This document shows, piece after piece, positions 1-8,503 of a stretch of DNA of 32,000 nucleotides; the first letter of the stretch is position 1; the number at the start of each line of letters is the position of its first letter. Made by a program: the position numbers and the translations under genes. The notes beneath the pieces are model-generated. The model saw nothing but the letters and a program-made list of their open reading frames with translations, was not told the origin of the DNA and ran no database searches. This stretch comes from Candidatus Methanoperedens sp. Its GTDB lineage: Archaea > Halobacteriota > Methanosarcinia > Methanosarcinales > Methanoperedenaceae. Location of the stretch: assembly GCA_041494705.1 (NCBI GenBank), contig JBGQBI010000002.1, forward strand, positions 180,001 through 212,000, written 5' to 3'.

Positions 1-366
1 GTTGCTGGTAATCACCGTGCCCGCGCCGTCGCATGCGGTCACGCAGGTGTCCAAAAGTCCCCGGCGCAGTCCTGTCATGAAGGTCTCGCTTGCCCCGAAT
101 CCCACGAAAATTTCCATCTCAATGGCCCTGTCTTCGGTGAACAAACCGAAGTCCTTAATCCTGAATTCGATATTTTCCTTTGCGGTTTTTGATGTGAATT
201 TCTTTATACCGCGAACTTTGTCGAATATGGGACAGTATTCAGTCTGCGGTTCCCCGGCTTCAACGACTTTCCCGCTCTCAACGACCACGCGGGTCTTTCC
301 AAGAGCTTCCATTACATGCCTGTCTTTTGTCATGGTGATAAGATTGTTGTCGAGTGTATTAACCAT
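1..366 (-). CDS. N-terminal 122 codons of a CDS that runs off the left edge of the window. It resembles DUF2099 / methanogenesis marker protein 8.
   Basis: I translated the minus strand by hand from the ATG at 366-364. It gives MVNTLDNNLITMTKDRHVMEALGKTRVVVESGKVVEAGEPQTEYCPIFDKVRGIKKFTSKTAKENIEFRIKDFGLFTEDRAIEMEIFVGFGASETFMTGLRRGLLDTCVTACDGAGTVITSN and stays open to position 1. The sequence is protein-like, unlike the low-complexity plus-strand ORF 2..415 in the track. The family name comes from memory of the GKTRVV...CP.F...IEFRI.DFG.F...FG(A)SE...CDGAGTVI pattern. Confidence 0.6.
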   Translation of the reverse strand, partial: MVNTLDNNLITMTKDRHVMEALGKTRVVVESGKVVEAGEPQTEYCPIFDKVRGIKKFTSKTAKENIEFRIKDFGLFTEDRAIEMEIFVGFGASETFMTGLRRGLLDTCVTACDGAGTVITSN

Positions 367-444
367 TAAGATATTGACAAAATTTTATAAGTTGAGGCAA
401 AAATTGCCTGATTAAATTCATAAAAATTGAACTTACTATATGCC

Positions 445-507
445 TTTGCGCTCTTGGCGTCTTTGCGGTGCAGGTTTTTCACCGCAGAGGCGCAAAGGAC
501 GCAAAGA
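445..507 (+). repeat. Long imperfect inverted repeat or hairpin, with about 25 of 27 positions paired and a 9-nt loop, in the divergent intergenic region upstream of moaB.
   Basis: I paired left arm 445-471 with right arm 481-507 by hand. There are 22 Watson-Crick pairs, 3 T-G (G-U) wobbles at 464/488, 461/491 and 453/499, and 2 mismatches. The wobbles pair only in a plus-strand transcript. Each arm contains the word CTTTGCG or CGCAAAG twice. Confidence 0.5.
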
Positions 508-557
508 GACTCTTGAATAGAATTCTTCATATATCATTTCACATATAAGAACCCTCA

Positions 558-1091
558 ATGGACACATCGCAGCTTCACAAGGAAAATGTACAAAAAACAT
601 TCAAATGCGCTATCCTGACCATAAGCACCTCAAGGTATGAAAAATACGGGAAAACAGACCGTCCCGAGCGCGCCGAGGACGCTTCAGGAAAGCTCATCTG
701 GGGAATGGCAGAGGTGCAGGGCAGCAAGATTGTGCATTACGAATTAATTCCTGACGATATGGAAATGATAAGGGAAGCCTTCAAGAAATGCCTTTATACG
801 GAGGCTGATGTTATAATATCAAGCGGGGGAACCGGTCTTTCGCCTACAGATATCACCATCGAAGCGGTTGCGCCTTATATTGAAAAAGAGATGCCGGGTT
901 TCGGGGAACTGTTCAGGCTTAAGAGCATTGACCAGATTGGAAATGCAATGATGCTTTCAAGGGCAATTGCCGGCGTGGCGCGCGGGAAAGTTATATTTTG
1001 CCTTCCGGGGTCGCCAAATGCGGTAAAACTTGCCCTTGAACTCGTACTGCCAGAGATAGGGCATATTATCAAACACGTGAAGGGTCAGTAA
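558..1091 (+). CDS. moaB: MoaB/MogA-family molybdenum (tungsten) cofactor biosynthesis protein.
   Basis: The 177-aa ORF has the MoCF_biosynth signatures ILTISTSR, SSGGTGLSPTDIT and FCLPGSPNAVKLAL. Confidence 0.85.
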   Translation: MDTSQLHKENVQKTFKCAILTISTSRYEKYGKTDRPERAEDASGKLIWGMAEVQGSKIVHYELIPDDMEMIREAFKKCLYTEADVIISSGGTGLSPTDITIEAVAPYIEKEMPGFGELFRLKSIDQIGNAMMLSRAIAGVARGKVIFCLPGSPNAVKLALELVLPEIGHIIKHVKGQ

Positions 1092-2453
1092 ATGGAATAC
1101 AAGTGGAAGGCGATGTTCACCGTCTGGATAGGCATCTTCATGGCTACGCTTGACGGAAGCATCGTGAATGTAGCTCTTCCAACGCTTACGGAATACTTCA
1201 AAACGGATATAACCACTATCGAATGGGTGGTGATGGCGTATCTTTTGACCATAACAAGCCTTCTCTTGAGTCTTGGCAGGATTTCGGATATGATAGGAAG
1301 GAAAACGATATTTGCAGGTGGGCTTGCAATTTTCACCATAGGTTCAGGCTTGTGCGCCATCTCAGCAACCGAAAACCAGTTGATATACTACAGGGTTTTG
1401 CAGGGAATAGGCGCGGCTATGTTGATGGCGACCGGAATAGCAATAATCACTCATGCATTTCCTCCGAGAGAAAGGGGCAAAGCGATGGGATTAATCGGAA
1501 CTGTTGTAGCGATAGGTTCCATGGCAGGACCTGTAGCAGGCGGGTTTTTAATCGAGAATGTAGGATGGCAATCTATTTTTTACATAAATATCCCGATTGG
1601 AATTTTCGGGACTGCAATGGCGTTAATCGTACTCAGGAAAGACAAAACTACATCGGGGCAAACCTTCGACATACCAGGGGCGCTTGCGCTTTTTATCAGT
1701 CTTATGTCATTGCTGCTTGCTTTGAGCCAGGGCCAGGAGTCTGGCTGGCTTTCCGGCTATATAATCCTGCTTTTTATTTTATCAATTGTATTTATAATTA
1801 TATTTATCCGGATTGAAAATAAAGCCAGGCACCCGGTGATGGAATTGCAGCATTTCAGGAACAGGCCGTTTGCGGCAGCAAACATCAGTGCTCTTATTAG
1901 TTTTACTGCCTTGTATAACGTCATACTGTTAATGCCGTTTTTCCTCCAGAACGAGCTTGGATATTCACCCGAGCAAGTGGGAATTGTTTTCCTGGCGGTT
2001 CCACTCGTGATGTCCGTTGCCGCCCCGTTCAGCGGGTGGTTATCGGACAGGACGAATTCGTTTTTACTCAGTTCAATCGGCATCGGGATTTCAAGCGTAT
2101 CCATACTGTGGCTTGGCTACCTGACCCCCACCTCCGGTTCCATCGATGTTGTTTTACGCCTTGCGCTCCTCGGTCTTGGCATGGGGCTTTTCCAGGCGCC
2201 TAACAACAGCATAATAATGGGGGCGCTTCCCAAGGAAAAGATAGGTATTGCAGCAGGTACGCTCGGGACGATGAGGAACATGGGGATGGTGATAGGCATT
2301 GCAGTATCGGGTGCTGTGTTCTCAAGCAGGTACGTTTATTATGGAAATACCGTGGGTTCATTTTTACCGGCTTTCCGGGATACATACACAGTTTCAGCTA
2401 TTATATGCGGCATCGCCATGCTGACATCGCTTGTACGCGGCAAAAGCAAATAG
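1092..2453 (+). CDS. MFS transporter, DHA2/EmrB-like, with many TM segments.
   Basis: The 453-aa hydrophobic ORF starts with FMATLDGSIVNVALPTL, typical of DHA2 MFS, and has the GRISDMIGRK loop motif. Its ATG immediately follows the moaB TAA with 0 nt between them. Confidence 0.85.
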   Translation: MEYKWKAMFTVWIGIFMATLDGSIVNVALPTLTEYFKTDITTIEWVVMAYLLTITSLLLSLGRISDMIGRKTIFAGGLAIFTIGSGLCAISATENQLIYYRVLQGIGAAMLMATGIAIITHAFPPRERGKAMGLIGTVVAIGSMAGPVAGGFLIENVGWQSIFYINIPIGIFGTAMALIVLRKDKTTSGQTFDIPGALALFISLMSLLLALSQGQESGWLSGYIILLFILSIVFIIIFIRIENKARHPVMELQHFRNRPFAAANISALISFTALYNVILLMPFFLQNELGYSPEQVGIVFLAVPLVMSVAAPFSGWLSDRTNSFLLSSIGIGISSVSILWLGYLTPTSGSIDVVLRLALLGLGMGLFQAPNNSIIMGALPKEKIGIAAGTLGTMRNMGMVIGIAVSGAVFSSRYVYYGNTVGSFLPAFRDTYTVSAIICGIAMLTSLVRGKSK

Positions 2454-2578
2454 GTTTAAATCGTTTGCATTAACAACAAAATAACATAACTGCGAACTGG
2501 TTTATTGATGCCAGATTACATTATCAGTGCTAAAATAGATAAGTTGATTTACTATATGATATTAAAGAAGGGACGTAA

Positions 2579-3439
2579 ATGTTTAGGGAATTTCGTATCG
2601 GAAATGGAAAAATTATTCAAGGCGACTGTTTAGAAGTTCTTAAAACCTTGTCTGAGAATGAAATAGTTTTAGCGTTCACTTCACCACCCTATTTAAATGC
2701 TATAAATTACGAAGAGCATGTTGAAAAGATTAAAGGCAAAAAAGAACGATGGGAGCGAAAAGATATTTCTTACGATGAATACAAGCAATTCTTGGTTGAT
2801 AGATTTCGGGAGTTGCTCAGAGTTGTTCGCCCTGGGGGATTCAACGTTGTGAACATTTCCCCCATTCTATGGAATGGTGAACGAACCCCCCTTCCTTTCC
2901 ACTTTGTTTCTTGGATGGAAGAGATAGGTTGGAAGTTCAAAGAAGACATTATTTGGGAAAAAACTGTAGCCCGCGATCGCAGATCTGGCGTTCTTTTACA
3001 ACATCCTTTTCCTGGTTATTACTATCCTAGCCTTGTTGCGGAGTATGTCTTTGTTTTCCAAAAACCCGCCGAGAAAAATAAAGATAATATTTATTGGTTT
3101 CGCACATCGAAAGAGAAAGAAAACAACCGCATCGACTTGTCAGACTATCAAGGCGAGAAGAGTAAAAATGTTTGGAAAATTCGTCCTGTTGCCCCACAAG
3201 AAAATATTCACCCTTGCCCGTTTCCAGTTGAACTTGCTGACCGGGTTATCCAACTTTATTCTTATAAAAACGATATTGTAATAGATATTTTTGCTGGAAG
3301 CGGACAGACAAATTTAGCTGCCGAAAGAGCTGGGAGGAAGCACATTGGTATTGAAATCCAGATTGAATATATTGACTACGCTGTTGAGCGGATTAATGCC
3401 GAGTTGGCTCAACAAACGCTTTGTCAATATGCGAGGTAG
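2579..3439 (+). CDS. Beta-class DNA methyltransferase acting on an exocyclic amino group. The SPPY motif favours N4-cytosine, but N6-adenine is not excluded.
   Basis: Motif IV, AFTSPPY, lies near the N-terminus. Motif I, DIFAGSGQT, lies near the C-terminus, which gives the beta-class order. The gene is AT-rich, with one hand-counted 60-nt line (2581-2640) at about 35% GC. Confidence 0.85.
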   Translation: MFREFRIGNGKIIQGDCLEVLKTLSENEIVLAFTSPPYLNAINYEEHVEKIKGKKERWERKDISYDEYKQFLVDRFRELLRVVRPGGFNVVNISPILWNGERTPLPFHFVSWMEEIGWKFKEDIIWEKTVARDRRSGVLLQHPFPGYYYPSLVAEYVFVFQKPAEKNKDNIYWFRTSKEKENNRIDLSDYQGEKSKNVWKIRPVAPQENIHPCPFPVELADRVIQLYSYKNDIVIDIFAGSGQTNLAAERAGRKHIGIEIQIEYIDYAVERINAELAQQTLCQYAR

Positions 3440-4598
3440 TAGTTTGAAAATCGATGCAAAAATTGAAAATCTAAAATATGAATCTACCCTTTGCCTACAA
3501 CTTAAAACATTCAGCATCGATGATTTCCCTTCAGGCGTTGCCTTCTCTAAGGCTGCTTTTCTTCTTTCCTACAAAAATAATATTTTTGCAATAAGTCATT
3601 GGGTTTCCCCAAAACGCACTCGGAGCTATCCTTACGCTCGTGTTTACGACACGATGAATACACGCACTCGTATTACGATAATTCCATTTCTCAAGGATGA
3701 AGGCAAAGATGGCGACAGAGATTTCATTCAGTGGGATACTGTTTCTCTCATGAGTCTGCTTGGAGTGTATGTTATTCTTGGCTATTACCACACGGCTAAA
3801 AAAAATTCCACCTACTCTCATAAGATTACCGATCAAGAATTCGATTACGATTACCTCAAAAGCCGCCTTGATGAGCTTTCACAGTATAAGCTTGACGCAC
3901 TTCACTGGAATCTAAACGAATTGAACAAGAACCTTCTAAGTGTTGCAGAATTAAGTAAACTTCATTACCAGAATATTTCAAAGAATACGGGCGTTGAAAT
4001 GCATGGTGAAAAAGGTGTTTCTGACCGAGTTAAAGTTATTCGTGAGAGTGTTGCTAAATTCCAAAGCAATTCAAGAGACCTCGCAGTTTCTGCGCAGAAT
4101 CGAGAGTATCAAACAACCCAACCAAAAGAAAGCGTAATAGAAGATAAGGCTACTATAACAATTAAAAATTATCTCGGAGGATTCTATTATTTCACCATTG
4201 ATGAGGTTTTGCTTTATGGAAAAGAACTCTTCTTGATGGAGAAAAAACATAGCTCAGGTGCTCTCGTTCCAAGTATTGCTGATATAAAAGATGGTCTTGT
4301 AAAAATGATGCTTTACACTAACTTCTCCGAAGTTCTTGTTTCTGGTGAGCCATACTCTCACCACCCTACTCTTGGATTGACTTCAGAAAACATACAAGGT
4401 TACTGTCATAACCTATCTACCGAACCCGAATTGAATTCTTTTTTTTCAAAAAATGCTTTCTCTAAAAAGGCTATCAAATCATTTATGGACTTGATTACCG
4501 AAGCAACAAAGAACAATTTTCTTGTTTTTCTTATGGACAGCAGAACACCAAAACTACAAAAAGAGATTGTTATAGAATACCTGAAACGAAAAAAATGA
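3429..4598 (+). CDS. Putative type II restriction endonuclease partnered with the adjacent methyltransferase. The family is not recognised.
   Basis: The long ORF overlaps the methyltransferase stop by 11 nt if it starts at ATG 3429. Alternative in-frame starts are 3396 and 3345. A PD-(D/E)XK-like arrangement, TID(286)...LME(299)KK(301), lies at nt 4200-4247. The gene shares the AT-rich composition of the methyltransferase. The nuclease function is inferred from context and this weak motif only. Confidence 0.5.
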   Translation: MRGSSLKIDAKIENLKYESTLCLQLKTFSIDDFPSGVAFSKAAFLLSYKNNIFAISHWVSPKRTRSYPYARVYDTMNTRTRITIIPFLKDEGKDGDRDFIQWDTVSLMSLLGVYVILGYYHTAKKNSTYSHKITDQEFDYDYLKSRLDELSQYKLDALHWNLNELNKNLLSVAELSKLHYQNISKNTGVEMHGEKGVSDRVKVIRESVAKFQSNSRDLAVSAQNREYQTTQPKESVIEDKATITIKNYLGGFYYFTIDEVLLYGKELFLMEKKHSSGALVPSIADIKDGLVKMMLYTNFSEVLVSGEPYSHHPTLGLTSENIQGYCHNLSTEPELNSFFSKNAFSKKAIKSFMDLITEATKNNFLVFLMDSRTPKLQKEIVIEYLKRKK

Positions 4599-4696
4599 AT
4601 CGGCAACTAATGGTCATAAAAAAGTTTTCTTGAAAAATAAGCCGCAAGATGGGGAAATGTGTTTATAGTTTCCTATACGTTAAAAAATTGAATATA

Positions 4697-5173
4697 ATGA
4701 GATTCGTAACTGACAGGATGCTTGGCAAACTTTCGCGCTGGCTTCGTCTTTTCGGGTATGATACCCTTGAAATCAAAAAGCAGGAGAACGAGGACGATGC
4801 ACTGCTGGCGCTTGCTGAAAAAGAGGGGAGGATTCTTGTTTCAAGGGACAGGGCGCTTGTCAGGAAAGCAATAAAAAGAGGGATAAGGACGTATTCTGTC
4901 CAATCGCCTGAAATCATGGAACAGCTCCGGGAGATGCAGGAGGAATTCGGGATTTCAACCGAGCCGCCACTTGACAGGTGCACTCTTTGCAACTCGGTTA
5001 TCAGGAAAGTCAAACCCGAAGAGATGGAAATTGTCAGGGCGAAGGATTATGTTTATCCTGACAGGCTGGGGGAGGGAACTGATTTCTGGCTCTGCGATAA
5101 TTGCGGGCAGGTTTACTGGCAGGGTAAGCACTGGGAGAATATTACGGAGAGGGCGGGGAGATTGAAAAAATGA
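4697..5173 (+). CDS. Mut7-C (DUF82) PIN-like RNase domain protein with a C-terminal zinc ribbon.
   Basis: MRFVTDRMLGKLSRWLRLFGYDT is the characteristic Mut7-C N-terminus. The C-terminal zinc ribbon is CTLCNS...CDNCGQVYWQGKHW. The ATG at 4697 is preferred over the track start at 4649. GC is host-like, with about 47% in line 4741-4800. Confidence 0.8.
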   Translation: MRFVTDRMLGKLSRWLRLFGYDTLEIKKQENEDDALLALAEKEGRILVSRDRALVRKAIKRGIRTYSVQSPEIMEQLREMQEEFGISTEPPLDRCTLCNSVIRKVKPEEMEIVRAKDYVYPDRLGEGTDFWLCDNCGQVYWQGKHWENITERAGRLKK

Positions 5174-5180
5174 CAGCTTC

Positions 5181-6506
5181 CTATCTGACATCAATTTTTT
5201 TTGCTTCTTTTGCGCTCCCTTCACCCATCACCATTTTTAACAAAGCAGCAGCCACTTCCAAAGTTGTATAATCTTCCTGGGTAAGTTTTTCAACCAGATT
5301 ACTATATTCTCCCAGATGCCCTGCATCAACAGTCCCTTTAACTTTTTCTAAAAGCAGGTTTGTCCTGATATCTTCCACATCACTGACAGAAGGAACTTTC
5401 TGGGGTATTATTTTCGTCTTTGTGAATTGCTGTATCTGCCTAATTCTATATACCTCCCTGCCTGTCACAAAGGTAAATGCCTGCCCTCCTTTTCCGGCTC
5501 TCGCTGTTCTTCCTATCCTGTGCAAATAATATTCATCATCAGGAGATATATCATAGTTGAACACTGCCTCGATATCCCCTACATCGATTCCCCGGGCAGC
5601 CACATCGGTTGCCACTAAAATCTCAATCTCCCTCTTTCTGAATTTAGACATGACAGTATCTCTTTGTCTTTGCTGCAAATCCCCATGCAGCCCATCAGCG
5701 AGATACCCTCTTGACTTCAGGGTTTCTACCAATTCATCCACACGTCTCTTTGTATTACAGAACACGAGCGATAATTTCAGGTCGTGAAGGTCAATTAAGC
5801 GGCACAGGGCTTCTGTTTTTGCCTGCTGTTTGACTTCAAAATAAAATTGTTCAACCTCGGGAACGGTCATCTCCTTATGTGCCAATTTTATCATTTGCGG
5901 TTTGTTCTGGTATTTTTTGGTCAAATCTAAAATTGGCCTGGACATGGTTGCTGAGAAGAGAATGGTTTGTCTTTCCTTTGGAATTTTTCTCATAATTATT
6001 TCAATATCTTCCCTGAATCCCATATCCAGCATTTCATCTGCTTCGTCAAGTATGATTATTTTTACGCCATCCATTTTCAAGGTACGGCGGTCAAGGTGAT
6101 CCATGACGCGGCCCGGAGTGCCTATTATAACCTGTACGCCCCGTTTTAGCGCCCTTATCTGGCGGTCAATTGGCTGCCCGCCGTAAACCGGTAAAATCTC
6201 AATGCCTCTTTTATATTTTGAAAGCTTTTTCAGTTCTTCTGCTACCTGGATTGCCAGTTCTCTTGTGGGGCATAAGATTACAGCCTGCAATCCCCTGTTT
6301 TGCGGGTCTATTCTCTCTAAAGTTGCAATTCCGAAGGCTGCGGTTTTCCCCGTACCTGTTTGCGCCTGTCCGATGACATCTTTTCCTTCTAACATATAGG
6401 GAATGGATTGCGCCTGAATCGGGGTGGCTTCTTCAAAACCCATATCTGTAATTGCCTTTTGCATCTCTTTTGATAAATGTAACTCTTTAAATCCTGAATT
6501 TTCCAT
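5181..6506 (-). CDS. DEAD-box ATP-dependent RNA helicase.
   Basis: Recognised motifs are the Q-motif region GFEEATPIQ, motif I AQTGTGKTAAF, motif II DEAD, motif III SAT, and HRIGRTARAG. The ATG at 6506 is preferred because AAGGGGGAT lies 6-7 nt upstream. The track start at 6524 has no such SD. Confidence 0.9.
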   Translation of the reverse strand: MENSGFKELHLSKEMQKAITDMGFEEATPIQAQSIPYMLEGKDVIGQAQTGTGKTAAFGIATLERIDPQNRGLQAVILCPTRELAIQVAEELKKLSKYKRGIEILPVYGGQPIDRQIRALKRGVQVIIGTPGRVMDHLDRRTLKMDGVKIIILDEADEMLDMGFREDIEIIMRKIPKERQTILFSATMSRPILDLTKKYQNKPQMIKLAHKEMTVPEVEQFYFEVKQQAKTEALCRLIDLHDLKLSLVFCNTKRRVDELVETLKSRGYLADGLHGDLQQRQRDTVMSKFRKREIEILVATDVAARGIDVGDIEAVFNYDISPDDEYYLHRIGRTARAGKGGQAFTFVTGREVYRIRQIQQFTKTKIIPQKVPSVSDVEDIRTNLLLEKVKGTVDAGHLGEYSNLVEKLTQEDYTTLEVAAALLKMVMGEGSAKEAKKIDVR

Positions 6507-6566
6507 GTTTAATCCCCCTTTCATTGTTTGTTACTTTTCTTATATCTATTCATCACGTAAAATGCC

Positions 6567-7082
6567 TCAAATGCTCCATTTCTCCCACATCACTATCTCA
6601 TCGAGGTTTTTTCGTGGTGTAGGGCGCGGTATAGCCGAGGGATACCCCAGAGTCAGAAGCGCAACTACTCGTACACTTTCCGGGATATCTAATATTTCTT
6701 TGACTTTGATTTCATCGAATGCACCGATCCAGCATGTACCAAGACCTTCTTCAACAGCAGCAAGAGTCATATGGTCCACAGCAATTGCGGTATCAATCGG
6801 ATAAGCCGGCTGCCCGCATGACATTATATATTCTGTCTCAACCGAACAGGCTGCAATTACTACAGGCGCTTCTGCCACAAATTTCTGGCCTCTTGCAGCT
6901 TCAGAAAGCAATTGTCGTTTCTTGCCATCTCTAATTATGACAAACCTGCGCTCCTGGCGGTTTCCGGCAGAGGGAGAAAGCCTGCCGGATTCAAGGACTC
7001 TTGACAATTTATCATCTTCCACCTCACGGGAATCATACGCCCTTATGCTTCGCCTTGATTGTATTGCTTTGCGCACTTCCAT
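6567..7082 (-). CDS. Nitroreductase-family protein.
   Basis: The 171-aa ORF starts AIQSRRSIRAY, a typical nitroreductase N-terminus, and contains SAGNRQ and a GYP pattern near the C-terminus. Confidence 0.8.
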   Translation of the reverse strand: MEVRKAIQSRRSIRAYDSREVEDDKLSRVLESGRLSPSAGNRQERRFVIIRDGKKRQLLSEAARGQKFVAEAPVVIAACSVETEYIMSCGQPAYPIDTAIAVDHMTLAAVEEGLGTCWIGAFDEIKVKEILDIPESVRVVALLTLGYPSAIPRPTPRKNLDEIVMWEKWSI

Positions 7083-7291
7083 AAATCTTCAGTCCTTTAT
7101 TATTTCAAATTCTATTGATTGAATCTTGGTTATTATTCCATTAGCATCTCTCTAATTATAGGTATCTCAATACTTCGGCCAAGAAAAGAATTGTCTGTTG
7201 AGAGCTATCAGATGGGGATAGCACCCTTGATGGGAAAATAACCTGCACTATAGAGTAATCTATAAGCCATATAATTCTATTGAGTACCTCT

Positions 7292-8497
7292 ATGTACCAC
7301 CTCGAGTGCATCGAATGCCACAAAAAGTATCCTGAAACCGAAGTCATATACACATGTACATGCGGTGGTCTTCTCGATGTCGTTTATGATTATTCAGAAA
7401 TCAGTCTCACCAAAAAAGACTTAAAAGGTCCCCTTTCTGTCTGGAAATACAGGGCGCTTCTTCCGGTAAGCAGGGAGCCCATATCCCTGAAAGAAGGCGG
7501 GACGCCGCTCTATCGCGTTGACAGGATTGCAGAAAGCATTGGTCTAAAAGACCTTTATGTCAAGCATGAGGGAATGAATCCCACAGGTTCGTTCAAGGAC
7601 AGGGGAATGACCGTGGGCGTCACAAAAGCACTTGAACTTGGCATGAAGACCGTAGCCTGCGCCTCCACAGGAAATACATCGGCGTCGCTTGCTGTTTACG
7701 GCGCAAGGGCCGGTGTTCCGGCAGTCGTGCTCCTGCCTTCAGGCAAGGTGGCTCTCGGGAAATTAGCACAGGCGCTCATGCACGGAGCAAAGGTGTTGAG
7801 CATCCGGGGAAATTTTGATGATGCGCTCAAGCTCGTTCGCGACCTCTGCGACAGGGAAGGATTCTATCTCCTGAATTCCGTGAACCCGTACCGTCTTGAA
7901 GGGCAGAAGACCATTGCTTTTGAGATTGCAGACCAGCTGGGATGGAAGGCTCCTGACAGGCTTATTCTTCCGGTCGGGAATGCAGGCAATATCACGGCGA
8001 TTTACAAAGGATTCAGGGAGCTAAAACATCTTGGCCTCATCGACAGCATTCCGAAAATGACCGGCATCCAGGCCGAAGGCGCAAGCCCGATCGTAAAAGC
8101 CATTAAAAGTAATGCGCCGGTGATAACTCCGGAAAGCAAACCTGAGACCGTAGCGACAGCAATCCGCATCGGCAACCCGGTGAATGCAATAAAAGCGCTG
8201 ACCGCAATAAGAGAATCGGGCGGAACAGCCGAGACGGTTTCTGACGAGGAGATTGTGAAGGCGCAGCACGAACTTGCATATCTTGAAGGAATAGGCGTGG
8301 AACCTGCAAGCGCATCCTCTATTGCAGGGCTTCGGAAACTCGTGTATCTGGGGGTTATTGACCCGGATGAATGTGTGGTTTGCGTAACGACAGGGCATCT
8401 GCTTAAGGATTCCGAGCATGTGCTTGCGGTGTGCCCCAAACCCATAGAAATCGATGCGACCATTGAAGCCGTAAGAAAAGCTGTTTTTTCAAATTAA
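7292..8497 (+). CDS. thrC: Threonine synthase.
   Basis: The ORF has an N-terminal Cys-rich motif, CIECHKKY...CTCGG, and the PLP lysine motif GSFKDRGMTV. A long PALP-type domain follows. ATG 7292 is preferred over the TTG at 7280 used by the track. Confidence 0.9.
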   Translation: MYHLECIECHKKYPETEVIYTCTCGGLLDVVYDYSEISLTKKDLKGPLSVWKYRALLPVSREPISLKEGGTPLYRVDRIAESIGLKDLYVKHEGMNPTGSFKDRGMTVGVTKALELGMKTVACASTGNTSASLAVYGARAGVPAVVLLPSGKVALGKLAQALMHGAKVLSIRGNFDDALKLVRDLCDREGFYLLNSVNPYRLEGQKTIAFEIADQLGWKAPDRLILPVGNAGNITAIYKGFRELKHLGLIDSIPKMTGIQAEGASPIVKAIKSNAPVITPESKPETVATAIRIGNPVNAIKALTAIRESGGTAETVSDEEIVKAQHELAYLEGIGVEPASASSIAGLRKLVYLGVIDPDECVVCVTTGHLLKDSEHVLAVCPKPIEIDATIEAVRKAVFSN

Positions 8498-8503
8498 AGT
8501 TAA

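Noticed and set aside
2-415. Track ORF of 137 aa on the plus strand at the left edge.
   Set aside because: Its translation is low-complexity, rich in S, P, T and L, and starts at a TTG. The opposite strand gives a clean, globular-looking protein with a recognisable DUF2099-like pattern starting at ATG 366. The plus-strand ORF is therefore an antisense shadow.
4697-5173. Mut7-C PIN-like RNase as a third component of the R-M cassette, giving a three-gene defence locus.
   Set aside because: Its GC content is host-like (about 47% in a hand-counted line) against about 35% for the R-M pair. A 98-nt spacer separates it from the endonuclease candidate. Mut7-C/DUF82 proteins are broadly conserved housekeeping-type archaeal genes. 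The adjacency is probably due to the insertion site.
7083-7291. Possible riboswitch or leader structure in the 209-nt spacer between the nitroreductase gene and thrC, including a small hairpin GCTATC-agatgg-GATAGC.
   Set aside because: Only one short 6-bp stem is present, and I recognise no conserved riboswitch core. The spacer is adequately explained as a divergent promoter region.
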